Below are positions 9,331 to 18,429 of a DNA stretch of 64,000 nt, in pieces. The DNA is from an uncultured virus (IMG/VR IMGVR_UViG_3300020582_000004). Lineage: Duplodnaviria > Heunggongvirae > Uroviricota > Caudoviricetes. Both the position numbers and the translations under genes were made by a program. Every line of letters starts with the position of its first letter. The stretch's first letter is position 1. The stretch is taken from IMG/VR virus record IMGVR_UViG_3300020582_000004. One strand, written 5' to 3'. Under the pieces are notes generated by a model. It was not told the DNA's origin. It saw nothing but the letters and a program-made list of their open reading frames with translations, and did no database searches.

Positions 9331-10617
9331 TTGCTCTCCGGCTGGTGCTGTTGTGGCGGGAGGTTGCTCGTGAACGGGCGCGTTCCTTACGCCTCGCGGC
9401 ATGGTTTTGTGCCGGGCTTGCCCGAGTATTTTACGCAAGACAACTATGGGCGAATCGCTCCGGTTGGTTATGCGTACAATATTCAGGGCGAGCTTGTGCA
9501 GCTTCCGTTTGAGCCGTGGTCTGAAGGACCGCAGATGGCTTGGGAAGATCCGAATAATCCTGATTATCTCGAGTACGCACAAGGCCGCATGACAATCGAA
9601 GGGCAGCCTTCGGCTGATCCGCGGTTGCCTGCTCGCTATGGCAAGCAAGACTCTGTAGGGCATTACGCGCCAATTACGCATCAAGACGTAGCTCTTGTTC
9701 CGCAAAGCTCTTATCTGAATCGCGGAGATGAAGAGACTCCGCAACAAGATGAAGGAACTGGTTCGGCTGCGGTTTTTGATCAGCCTGCGTCGCCCGTTCG
9801 TACACGCTCGATTCTTGGTCGAGACATCACGGGCTACATTCAGGTGGATCCGCCAGTAGAAGGTTCGCCTCTTCTTGTTGTGCCTGCGGGAAGTGCAGTG
9901 GCTCCCGTCGCTCCTTTCTTTGGAGGGGCTGTGGCGCTCGGGGTTGCGCAGTTCGGGCATCTCGGATCATCGACGCAGATCGTGTTCGATGTGCTTGCCG
10001 GTTCGCTCGTCAAGGTTCCGACTGTTGACTCGATGATGAAGATGACGGGGCGTATCTCGCCTCGGTACTTCGCGAGCACGACTGTGGGAACACTGAGGCA
10101 GTATCTCTTGTTTCCTGGTGGGCCGGTGCTCACGAATCAGAGCTTTTCGAACTTGCCGCCGAATATCATGGAGCTTCAGGGCAATGGTCCTGGGACTGTG
10201 ATCGCGGCTGGCGATCAGAACAATCCGGTTAATTTTTCGGGTTGGGCTGCGCGAGGGCTGTCGCCGACGCCGGATGAAGCGACGCTTCCAACGCGAATCT
10301 TTCGAGGCAGTGTGCTCTCGAGTGCGGCGGCGCCGGCAGCTCCGACGAATGCTTCGCGGATTCCGATTCCTTTTGGCGCGATCGGCGTTGCTGTGTTTGG
10401 AGGAATTTACGATCCTGCTCTTGGGGTGCCGTCCGTTCCGATCACTTGGGTGCAGAATCTGGACGTGACAGGCGCAACGGTTGGACCGTTTCCTTCTGAT
10501 GGTGAGTCCATAATTCCTATCGTCGGCGCTACGTCGATTGACGTGTTCGGCGGCAATAGCGCTGCTGCGGGAGATCTCGAGATTCCATTTTTCGCGTTTT
10601 TCTACATCAACGTGTGA
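9331..10617 (+). CDS. Hypothetical beta-rich protein, putative structural
   Basis: 428-aa ORF at the start of the rightward block; beta-rich C-terminal half; start codon uncertain. Confidence 0.6.
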   Translation: MLSGWCCCGGRLLVNGRVPYASRHGFVPGLPEYFTQDNYGRIAPVGYAYNIQGELVQLPFEPWSEGPQMAWEDPNNPDYLEYAQGRMTIEGQPSADPRLPARYGKQDSVGHYAPITHQDVALVPQSSYLNRGDEETPQQDEGTGSAAVFDQPASPVRTRSILGRDITGYIQVDPPVEGSPLLVVPAGSAVAPVAPFFGGAVALGVAQFGHLGSSTQIVFDVLAGSLVKVPTVDSMMKMTGRISPRYFASTTVGTLRQYLLFPGGPVLTNQSFSNLPPNIMELQGNGPGTVIAAGDQNNPVNFSGWAARGLSPTPDEATLPTRIFRGSVLSSAAAPAAPTNASRIPIPFGAIGVAVFGGIYDPALGVPSVPITWVQNLDVTGATVGPFPSDGESIIPIVGATSIDVFGGNSAAAGDLEIPFFAFFYINV

Positions 10618-10647
10618 TTCGTGTTCTGAAAGAGAAAAAGGTTCAAA

Positions 10648-11430
10648 ATGACTACTGCAAGAGAGTTGTACACAAAGATTATTCCGCATGCGATGTCGGC
10701 TTACGTCGCAAAGACTCCTGACATGCAAAGTGCCAAAGAGATGGCGCACGCGCTCGCGACAGAATGCGTGAACGAATGCGGTCGGCTCGGGATGCTCGAA
10801 GACGTGGCACCCGCGCAGCGTCAGTACACTGCGCCGCCTCTGGAAACCATGGTCAGCGTAGGCGGAGGTCAGGGAGGCGGCGCGGGTGGCGGCGTTCAGG
10901 GCATCGCTCGCTTTGCAGATACGCAGCATCAAGGCGGCCCTGTGCAAGGGATCAATCCTGTGGGCGCGCCGTATCAGCCTGCTCCTCATTACAATACGCC
11001 TAGCGCTCCTCAAGCAGTGTCGCCTTCGGCGTTAGCTACAGCGCCAGCGGCTCCGTGGTATCCGCCGCATCTCGCTCATCTTCATCAGCCGTCACCGCCT
11101 CCAATTCCGGTGGGAACTCCGTACGCGCAAGTCGCGTCGGGGCAGGGGCAAGTTGCACAGCAGCAGCAGCCCTATGACGTTGCGGGAACGAAGATCGTTC
11201 CTCCGACAGGGAGTACGTTCGTTCCGCCTGCGCAGGCCGGCGTAATGAATCAAGTGACGCAGGTGCCGACGCCGCAAGGACACTCAGCGCTCGGTACGGA
11301 TGGCGTGATCGCGCAGCCTTCGCAGCGTCCGAATACACAGGATCAGATCGTGGCGCCTGCGGCACAGCTCGTGGTTCAACAAGCTGGTGGCGCCGGAACG
11401 ACGTTTGTGCCCGAGCGCATTGTTCGCTGA
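10648..11430 (+). CDS. Pro/Gln-rich low-complexity protein
   Basis: Short helical N-terminus followed by a P/Q/A-rich tail. Confidence 0.6.
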   Translation: MTTARELYTKIIPHAMSAYVAKTPDMQSAKEMAHALATECVNECGRLGMLEDVAPAQRQYTAPPLETMVSVGGGQGGGAGGGVQGIARFADTQHQGGPVQGINPVGAPYQPAPHYNTPSAPQAVSPSALATAPAAPWYPPHLAHLHQPSPPPIPVGTPYAQVASGQGQVAQQQQPYDVAGTKIVPPTGSTFVPPAQAGVMNQVTQVPTPQGHSALGTDGVIAQPSQRPNTQDQIVAPAAQLVVQQAGGAGTTFVPERIVR

Positions 11431-11438
11431 GCGCTTAG

Positions 11439-11690
11439 GTGATGCAGTCGATTCGCAAGCACGTGACCACTGACTACGCCAAGCTGTCTCTTTATCTTGG
11501 CGTAGTCTCTGTCATTGGTGCTGGCGCGTATTGGTGGTGGCAATTTAGCAATGCAAAGGCCGAGCGCCGTTATCACGCTAAGTACTTAGAAGCGAAAGCT
11601 GCAATCAAAGAAGTTCAGCAAGCTTTCGGGCTTCCCATAACTGGCAGGCTTGATGAGGAGACTCGAGCACTGCTTTCTAGTTTTGGATAA
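11439..11690 (+). CDS. Small membrane protein with partial peptidoglycan-binding domain
   Basis: TM segment, then AIKEVQQAFGLPITGRLDEETRALL (PG_binding_1 C-terminal motif). Confidence 0.65.
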   Translation: MMQSIRKHVTTDYAKLSLYLGVVSVIGAGAYWWWQFSNAKAERRYHAKYLEAKAAIKEVQQAFGLPITGRLDEETRALLSSFG

Positions 11691-11707
11691 GAGAGGAGAG
11701 GGAGCGA

Positions 11708-11968
11708 ATGCGTTGTAAATGCGGAAATGCGTTATCAGCGATCAATCGTTCTGGTCTCTGTTCTGATTGCTATCATGTGCGTGCTCGTGAGCGAAAAGAG
11801 AAAGCAGCGAAGAAGGGTCGTAAATGCGAGTGGTGTTTGAATCGTGGCCATTCACAGGAATCTTGTGAAATGCGTAAAGCTGGGCTTCGTCCTGTTTTCA
11901 TTGACTACGTTCCGCCTGTGCCCGTGCATCGTTATAGCGAAATGAATCGTTTGTACGTGAGGAGATAA
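11708..11968 (+). CDS. Small Zn-finger protein
   Basis: CKC...CSDC and a CEWC...GH...C zinc-knuckle-like motif; strong RBS. Confidence 0.6.
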   Translation: MRCKCGNALSAINRSGLCSDCYHVRARERKEKAAKKGRKCEWCLNRGHSQESCEMRKAGLRPVFIDYVPPVPVHRYSEMNRLYVRR

Positions 11969-11970
11969 AG

Positions 11971-12285
11971 ATGAGTGAAGTCGCTATTGAAGCGCCGGCA
12001 GATCTGCAGCAGCGTCTGATTCATTTCGTAACGGACTATCTCAATCGTGGTTATCGTGTACGCGATGCCGTTTCAGCTGGTTTCAAAGCACTCGCTGATT
12101 CGTATGGGGAGGGTTCGAACGTGCGAGTCACCGAGGAGACCTTCGAAAAGACTGTTACGTACTTCGAGGTGGCGCTCGAGAAGTACCGAGTCGAGCAGGA
12201 GAAGGGTGTAGCTCCAGTGGGTGGAGGCATCTACGCTGAGGTCGTCAGTGATGACGAGTATCGCGAACGAACTCGTGGGACTTGA
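11971..12285 (+). CDS. Hypothetical protein
   Basis: GAGGAG RBS; 104 aa. Confidence 0.55.
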   Translation: MSEVAIEAPADLQQRLIHFVTDYLNRGYRVRDAVSAGFKALADSYGEGSNVRVTEETFEKTVTYFEVALEKYRVEQEKGVAPVGGGIYAEVVSDDEYRERTRGT

Positions 12286-12494
12286 AGCGTGCTTGGCGGC
12301 CACGCCTCGATCGTGAGAAGTGCGGGCTCTTTTCTCGATCGAGGCGTTCGGTGTTAGGCCTGATTTCCGATGGAAGTTATCAGGAGTGTCGGAGTTGGAA
12401 AAAAGAATTCTGGAGCTGGTTCGGGATCCAGTCGGAATATTTTGGAAATTTTGCGGTTGGGGCGTGCTGGGTTAGGCTTGTGCGAACGCGACGT

Positions 12495-12504
12495 GAATAG
12501 GTGC
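12495..12504 (+). promoter_or_regulatory. GAATAGGTGC motif, copy 1 of 4 exact
   Basis: Exact 10-mer recurring in intergenic regions upstream of structural operons. Confidence 0.6.
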
Positions 12505-12558
12505 ACGCCGCTTTGTTTGGGTTTCGTTGGATAAACACTCAACAGAGAGGAATGCACC

Positions 12559-12915
12559 ATGGGATCAGGAGACATTAGCGTACTGCAGGTCATTGCACAG
12601 GGGACGTGCAATGGAGCACACGGCGCTCTCGTTACGGTTGCGACGGGCGCTGTGGTTGCTTCGCCCGGTGTGGGCGGGACGGCCGGAACGTACACAATCA
12701 CGTGTGATCCTGGTCTTCCAGGTGACAACTCGGATGCTGCTCATGCACGCGTCATGATCACAGTGCTTGGTGGCGCAGCTGGTGCGAATGCTAACGGAAT
12801 CGTGAAGGCTGTTGTCGGCGGGCAGCTTCAGATTCAGTTCACGACGCAAGTCTTGGGCGGAGCGGCGGCGGACGAAGCGTTTGACTTCATCATCTGGCGC
12901 GATCCGGCGAACTGA
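12559..12915 (+). CDS. Beta-rich structural paralog family, member 1 (divergent)
   Basis: GTYTITCDPGLPG and C-terminal FIIWR shared with the family. Confidence 0.65.
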   Translation: MGSGDISVLQVIAQGTCNGAHGALVTVATGAVVASPGVGGTAGTYTITCDPGLPGDNSDAAHARVMITVLGGAAGANANGIVKAVVGGQLQIQFTTQVLGGAAADEAFDFIIWRDPAN

Positions 12916-13018
12916 TTCTCTCTGCTTTGATGGCGGCTTCGTTGCTTGATGCACGAGGCCGCCGTCATGGCGAGAAAGGTTTTGTTGAAGCACTTCACGT
13001 TGACGGGATGACGTCGTA

Positions 13019-13462
13019 ATGCCTGATTTTGCAGCAGCACCGATTCAGCCGATCGTCGAGGGCCTGGTCACCTTTCCAGCAGGTCCTGGCGGTGCGGTTA
13101 AATTCGATGGTAAAGGCGTTTCGGCGATCATTCGTGATGGCGCAACGGGAGGTCAGGGCGGCTACATCTTGGTCCTTGATCAAGGGCTTCCGGGCAATGC
13201 AGGTGCAGTTCCTTTTGGACCTTCGCCCTTTCCTAATGCTCCTGATCCTGATGTGCGTTCGATGGTCACTCCGATTGGTTTTGGGTTACCGCCCACAACT
13301 GGAATCGTGTTCATCGGCGTGAGCTACATCCCAGGCGCGCCACCTTTCAATGCTCGGACTGTTGAAGTGGTCATGCAGACAGGACTTGGCGTGTTCGCTG
13401 ATCCAATCAATGGGTTTATGATTGTAGTTTGGCGAGGAATCGGTGGAGGGCTGGTCCTGTGA
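13019..13462 (+). CDS. Beta-rich structural paralog family, member 2
   Basis: MPDFAAAPIQPI...FDGKG...LVLDQGLPG...IVVWR. Confidence 0.7.
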   Translation: MPDFAAAPIQPIVEGLVTFPAGPGGAVKFDGKGVSAIIRDGATGGQGGYILVLDQGLPGNAGAVPFGPSPFPNAPDPDVRSMVTPIGFGLPPTTGIVFIGVSYIPGAPPFNARTVEVVMQTGLGVFADPINGFMIVVWRGIGGGLVL

Positions 13463-13878
13463 CCGATTACGGCCAAGATATTTTTCAACCGATTGTTCAG
13501 GGCGTCATCACGTTTCCTGTTGGTGGCGGCGTTGTTTTCAATGGAGAAGGCGTATCGGGCATTGCTCGTGTCGCTGGATTTCCTCTGGGCGCATACATTC
13601 TGAACCTCGATGAAGGTCTTCCGGGGAATTCGGGAGCTGTTCAGCCTGGTGCTGGTCCTATCGTGAACCCGAATGTGCGCACACTGATCACGCCACGTGG
13701 TTTCGGTGCTCCGCCTGTGTCGAATATCGCAACTTCAGCCGTTGTTTATGTTCTTAGTCCGACGCCTGGCGTTGGAGCTGATCAGGTCATCATCGCAACG
13801 CAAACGTTTCCTCCTTTGACTTTGGCTGATTCAGTTGGTGGGCTCGAGGTCATTATTTGGGTGGTGCCGAATGGCTGA
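13459..13878 (+). CDS. Beta-rich structural paralog family, member 3
   Basis: GTG start overlapping the previous stop; TDY...QPI...FNGEG...LNLDEGLPG...EVIIW. Confidence 0.7.
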   Translation: MTDYGQDIFQPIVQGVITFPVGGGVVFNGEGVSGIARVAGFPLGAYILNLDEGLPGNSGAVQPGAGPIVNPNVRTLITPRGFGAPPVSNIATSAVVYVLSPTPGVGADQVIIATQTFPPLTLADSVGGLEVIIWVVPNG

Positions 13879-14386
13879 TTACGCTGCTGTTCCGGTTCAA
13901 CCGATTGCTGACGCGCTTCTCACGATCAACGCGGCTGGAAATCCTGTCATTACAGGGCGTGGTTTTTCATCTGTCGTTCGCGCTTCGGTTACTGGTGATT
14001 TTCTCTTAACGTTTGATGATGGGATTGGAGTTGATGACGTAGGTTCTGGTCCTGATTTTACCGTAGGTATTATTGGTCCTAACGGGATTGATCCTAGGTT
14101 TGCTCGTGTGAGCGTTACGATGCGTGGTGGAACGACGGCGCCTGGCGTGACGACTATTTCCGAACGAATCGTGACTTTTATCGTGATGCCGGGCTCGGGT
14201 GCACTTCAGATTCAGCTCACGTTGAGAAATGCTGCGAATGCAGTGACCGATCCGATGGGAGCTGGTGTACCGAACGCAGATGGCGGCGGTGTTGAGATCA
14301 TGGTGTGGAACGGAAACGCTGGGTCTGACATCGCTCAGGCTCAGCTCGTGGGTCCGCTCTTTCAAGGAGCGATGCAGTTTCCATGA
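13871..14386 (+). CDS. Beta-rich structural paralog family, member 4
   Basis: MADYAAVPVQPI...GRG...GDFLLTFD...EIMVW. Confidence 0.7.
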   Translation: MADYAAVPVQPIADALLTINAAGNPVITGRGFSSVVRASVTGDFLLTFDDGIGVDDVGSGPDFTVGIIGPNGIDPRFARVSVTMRGGTTAPGVTTISERIVTFIVMPGSGALQIQLTLRNAANAVTDPMGAGVPNADGGGVEIMVWNGNAGSDIAQAQLVGPLFQGAMQFP

Positions 14387-14667
14387 ATCATCCGTACTAC
14401 CCTTATTCAACTGAGAGTCGTCATCCGTACTATCCTTATCAGTACGGCGATGAGCGCGCCGGGATCGATGTGTTTACGATGCCGTCGATCTGGTCTTATC
14501 TCGCGAGGCCGCCGAGTTCGGGTCCAACAACGGATTGGTCGCTTCTCGCGAAAGTTGGGTTTGGTGTGGGCGTTGGCGTCCTCGCGTACTTTGTTTACCG
14601 AGGACTTCGAACTTCTGTATCGATGTCTCGTTCTTCGTTGCGCGGCGCAATAGGAGGGGAACCTTGA
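14383..14667 (+). CDS. Small membrane protein
   Basis: HPYYPY duplication; one TM helix; start coupled to the upstream stop. Confidence 0.6.
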   Translation: MNHPYYPYSTESRHPYYPYQYGDERAGIDVFTMPSIWSYLARPPSSGPTTDWSLLAKVGFGVGVGVLAYFVYRGLRTSVSMSRSSLRGAIGGEP

Positions 14668-15221
14668 ATCCCTACGTTCCCTATGTTGCGCCCGATAATT
14701 TTTGGTGGGCAGAGCCGGCTTACTATGATGCTGGTGGTACGTACGCTGGTGCTGATTTGCCTTGGTGGATTGCTGTGCCAGCGGCTCCTCCACTCGCTCT
14801 TGGAAAGTGGCTTGGTGAGCGATTCCATTTGCCTAGTGGCTTTAGTGGTTCTGGTGGTTCGTCTTCATCTCCTCCGCCTATGGAAGTACCTTGGCTTGGA
14901 ATTGCAGCGATGCTTGGAGTGGGCGCCCTTCTGGTTTATGGTATTTCTCGCGCCTCGAACGCAGCAGAGCGTATTGGCGGTCCTATTCAGGAACGAACGG
15001 GGCGGCTCGTCGGGAATATGCTCAGTGCACGAGCAGCGTCAGGTAAGGGAGCTGCATCGAGTAAGGGAGTGGCGTCGGGCAATGGAGCAACGTCGAGTAG
15101 GGGAACGTATGGTGGGTTTGGTCGGATCCCAAGCAGATCGCTTGTTGGCAAGCCGTCTAACGGCAAAGTTATTGAGGGAAAGCTTCTTTCAGCTCTCCCC
15201 GAGTATGAATCGTACGGATGA
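14664..15221 (+). CDS. Membrane protein
   Basis: TTG start overlapping the upstream stop; TM segment WLGIAAMLGVGALLVYGI. Confidence 0.55.
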   Translation: MNPYVPYVAPDNFWWAEPAYYDAGGTYAGADLPWWIAVPAAPPLALGKWLGERFHLPSGFSGSGGSSSSPPPMEVPWLGIAAMLGVGALLVYGISRASNAAERIGGPIQERTGRLVGNMLSARAASGKGAASSKGVASGNGATSSRGTYGGFGRIPSRSLVGKPSNGKVIEGKLLSALPEYESYG

Positions 15222-15242
15222 TATGAACGCAAGGAGATTTCC

Positions 15243-17099
15243 ATGTACGTAGGCGCAGGCGGTTGCCCCTTTCCGGGTCAGCTTCAGTATCGCGTTGTGA
15301 ATCCGCGTGGAGCAGGTGTCTTTTTCGAAAAGAACTTCGCGACGCCGGTTGGGACTGCGCTTCGTCCTGGGGCGATTGTGTGCGGCACTCCTCGAAGCGA
15401 TCCTTCAGGAATGTCGTCTTACGTGATCGAGGTCGCGAACGGCTTCGCCAATGCGCTTGATTTCGAGCAGCTCACATCTGCGGCGCCCAATCCGGTGCTT
15501 GCTTCTGGAGAGTGGGACGAATTCGTCGGTGCGGCTTGTGGTCCGAATTTGTACTGGGATGAGGCGTCTCAGACTTGTTTGCCGCTTGCGCTTCCTCAAG
15601 TGCCGACGGCTCCTACGCCTCAATGTCCGCCTGGTTCTTTTTACGACTACTTCAAGCAGACATGTGTTTCGTCTAAGCCGGTAACGAGAGGCGACTACTA
15701 CGTGGGAGATGACGAGGGCGGCCCGACGATCATCCCCATTCTGCCGTGTCCTAAGGGACAGTTCTGGGATGCGAGCAAGAATCACTGTGTTTCTATTATT
15801 CCGCCTCCTCCTCCGCTTGGTTCGCTTCCTCCGATCACGCCAATCACTTCGGGTATGTACGTAGGCGATGGCGGTCCGATTGTTCCGGTGCTTCCGTGTC
15901 CTTCGGGCCAGTTTTGGGATGTGTCGCAGAATCACTGCGCTCCTGTCATTCCTCCGCCGCCTCCAGTTCGGATGCCCGCGACGCTTTCGGATTGGGAAGC
16001 GCAGCATCGCGCAGGATGGGGAGGTCGATGGCCTGAAAGGCGTGAGCGCGCTGACTGGCCACGTGAATACGGACGTGGCCGTTGGCCGTCGGAACACGAA
16101 GGCCGTGGGCATTGGGGCCAGCTTTGGGACGAGTTCGTGGGAGCGACTGGTGCTACTTCGCCTGGCGAGACAGCGTCACAGCATGCTGCCAACGCTGCAG
16201 CGCAGGCTCTTGCAGCGCAGAAAGCAGCGGCACATCCTGAGGCCAATACTTCGGGTCGTCGAGCTGCGCAGCAGTCTCTTTCGCATGCAGCTCAAGCTGC
16301 GTCGCATGCTCGTGTTGCCCAGCAGCACCCAACGGCACGCGGTTCAGTGATGCATGCGAGGGCTGCGATGGCGCACAACGTGGCAGCGGCTCATCATGCG
16401 CGAGCTGCGCATGGCGAGGTTCGTGGTCGTGGTCGTGAAGGCTTCGGCTTTGGTCGTGGCCGCGGTCGTGAGGGCTTCGGTTTCGGTTTCGGTCGTGAAG
16501 GTTTCGGTGGTCGCGGTCGCGGTTGGGGTTGGGAGCGTGGTGGTCGTTACGAGGGCTGGCTTGGTGGTGTTGGAGCACTGTGGCTTCATCATCGAGCGAG
16601 GTGCATTGCTCGTAATCAATTGGGCGTCTGTCTCAAGGAATTGATTACTTGGCCGGAAGGGCAAGTGTCATATCGTCTCACTCCTCAAGGAGAACAAGAG
16701 CAAGTGGTGCTTGAGGTCGATGAGCAGTCGCAGAACGATCAGGTGGCGCAGCAGCTTGGGACGCAGGTTCCGGATGCTTCTTCAGGTCCGATGCCTGGCT
16801 CAGAGCAGCAAGGTCAAGCGGGTGGAGATGGAGACGGTAAAGGCGGCGATCATGACGGTAAAGGCGGGGATCATGATGGTGCGGATCAAGCTTCTGCTGA
16901 TGCGAATCAAACTTCAGCGGACGCAGGACAAAGCGATGCAGAAGATGGTTCGGACAGCAGCGCCGCTGTGACCGGAGAGTTTGCAGGGTGGCAGTTTCCG
17001 TTCACGACTTCGTATCCCGGTTTTTGGAATCCTTACATGCCAGCGGCCTGGGACTCGAGTTTCAACTATCCCGGATTTGACGGATGTAGTTTTTGGTGA
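15243..17099 (+). CDS. Modular low-complexity protein with Cys-rich CPxGxxWD repeats
   Basis: Four CxxxxxWD/YD....C units, Ala/His-rich and RG-rich segments, separated by YVG/FVG/FAG motifs. Confidence 0.7.
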   Translation: MYVGAGGCPFPGQLQYRVVNPRGAGVFFEKNFATPVGTALRPGAIVCGTPRSDPSGMSSYVIEVANGFANALDFEQLTSAAPNPVLASGEWDEFVGAACGPNLYWDEASQTCLPLALPQVPTAPTPQCPPGSFYDYFKQTCVSSKPVTRGDYYVGDDEGGPTIIPILPCPKGQFWDASKNHCVSIIPPPPPLGSLPPITPITSGMYVGDGGPIVPVLPCPSGQFWDVSQNHCAPVIPPPPPVRMPATLSDWEAQHRAGWGGRWPERRERADWPREYGRGRWPSEHEGRGHWGQLWDEFVGATGATSPGETASQHAANAAAQALAAQKAAAHPEANTSGRRAAQQSLSHAAQAASHARVAQQHPTARGSVMHARAAMAHNVAAAHHARAAHGEVRGRGREGFGFGRGRGREGFGFGFGREGFGGRGRGWGWERGGRYEGWLGGVGALWLHHRARCIARNQLGVCLKELITWPEGQVSYRLTPQGEQEQVVLEVDEQSQNDQVAQQLGTQVPDASSGPMPGSEQQGQAGGDGDGKGGDHDGKGGDHDGADQASADANQTSADAGQSDAEDGSDSSAAVTGEFAGWQFPFTTSYPGFWNPYMPAAWDSSFNYPGFDGCSFW

Positions 17100-17149
17100 G
17101 TTTGGAGTTGGGTTTGTAACGTAGTAGTCAATAGAAAAGGAGTAGGTAC

Positions 17150-17260
17150 ATGACCAGGAAGCAACTCGCAGCAGCTCGTAGGAACATCAAGAAGGCCATT
17201 GCGAAGAATCGCCGTCGCGGACGTTCGCGTCGCCAGGCGCATCATCGCCGTCACCGCTGA
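17150..17260 (+). CDS. Protamine-like basic peptide (36 aa; not in ORF track)
   Basis: AAGGAG RBS; MTRKQLAAARRNIKKAIAKNRRRGRSRRQAHHRRHR. Confidence 0.7.
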   Translation: MTRKQLAAARRNIKKAIAKNRRRGRSRRQAHHRRHR

Positions 17261-17355
17261 TGTTAGCGGCGTCGCCGCTTTTGCTCTCGAGGCAAAGCGG
17301 CGACGCCGACCATCGGTCTTTGGTTTGGTTGATTGTGGCTCGAACTGAGGTCGTC

Positions 17356-17934
17356 ATGAACAATTGCGTAGGCTGCGATGATTTTTACGTCGGGTATCGT
17401 AACCCCTATGTCAATTACGGGGCTCGTCAGGGTCGGTTTCGCCGACATGAAGGGCACGGGCAGTGGCCTCATCACAGGCATGACTTTGATCAACAAGGCA
17501 TGCAGCAGGGAATGGGGATGCAGCAGCCCGACGATCAGCAGGCGCCTTTGCCGGTGCCTCAAGGCGATGGTCACGACGAGTCTTTAATCAGGCAGCTTCT
17601 CGAGCAGCAGCGCTTGATGCAGTCTGAGCTTGCTGCTTTGGTTCCTGCCGATCACGTGACGGGTCGTGGAGGTGGTGGAGGTGGTGGTCACGGCGGCGGC
17701 GGTCACGGCGGTGGCGGGTGGGGCGGTCACGGCGGCTTCGGTCACGGGTGGGGCGGAGGCGGCTGGGGCGGCGGTGGAGGTTGGTGGGGCGGATGGCCTT
17801 GGGGATGGAATGACTGGGGCTGGCCTGGTACTTGGGGCGGCTATCCGGGAGTCTGGGGAACTGGGCCTTGGTATGCCAATTACCCATTCAATCCTTACTA
17901 CGGTTATCCCACATTGCCGTATTGGGTTTACTGA
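17356..17934 (+). CDS. Gly/Trp-rich low-complexity protein
   Basis: GAGG RBS, ATG 17356; Q-rich then GGW-rich. Confidence 0.6.
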   Translation: MNNCVGCDDFYVGYRNPYVNYGARQGRFRRHEGHGQWPHHRHDFDQQGMQQGMGMQQPDDQQAPLPVPQGDGHDESLIRQLLEQQRLMQSELAALVPADHVTGRGGGGGGGHGGGGHGGGGWGGHGGFGHGWGGGGWGGGGGWWGGWPWGWNDWGWPGTWGGYPGVWGTGPWYANYPFNPYYGYPTLPYWVY

Positions 17935-17936
17935 GC

Positions 17937-17991
17937 CGTGAAGTCGTGAAGTCGTGAAGTCGTGAAGTCGTGAAGTCGTGAAGTCGTGAAG
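17937..17991. repeat. Tandem repeat (CGTGAAGT) x6 plus 7/8 unit
   Basis: Perfect 8-bp tandem array, intergenic. Confidence 0.95.
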
Positions 17992-18024
17992 AGGTAAGTG
18001 ATAGAAGCTGAGTGAGGAAATGTC

Positions 18025-18393
18025 ATGACTAATTACGCAGCAGCTCCGATTCAGCCCATCATCAACGGAGTCATTACAGTTGGTGAAGGTGGGCCAGTTT
18101 TTGTGGGCCGTGGCATTTTTTCGATCGCTCGTACGGTTGGCGGCGCAGCGTTTGGTGATTTCACGCTCATTCTTGATCAGGGTTTGCCTGGAGACGTGGG
18201 TATCGATCCGGTTTTTGCTCGCAGCATGATCACGCAAAGAAGCAATCCTGCGGCCCTTCCTCCTGGCGGTACGGGCCTTACACAACAGGCCGTGACCTAT
18301 CCGTCGACTGCAACAATTCGCTTTGTGATGAGCATCGCGAGCGTTGGTGTAGATCCGGTTGCAACAGAGATTGTTGTGTGGCGAACGAATTGA
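18025..18393 (+). CDS. Beta-rich structural paralog family, member 5
   Basis: MTNYAAAPIQPI...FVGRG...GDFTLILDQGLPG...EIVVWR. Confidence 0.75.
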   Translation: MTNYAAAPIQPIINGVITVGEGGPVFVGRGIFSIARTVGGAAFGDFTLILDQGLPGDVGIDPVFARSMITQRSNPAALPPGGTGLTQQAVTYPSTATIRFVMSIASVGVDPVATEIVVWRTN

Positions 18394-18429
18394 TGTGTGG
18401 CGGGTTTTAATTGAACAAAGGAAATCGTT

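Noticed and set aside
17937..17991. Possible CRISPR array
   Set aside because: The 8-bp units are contiguous with no spacers, and there are no cas genes.
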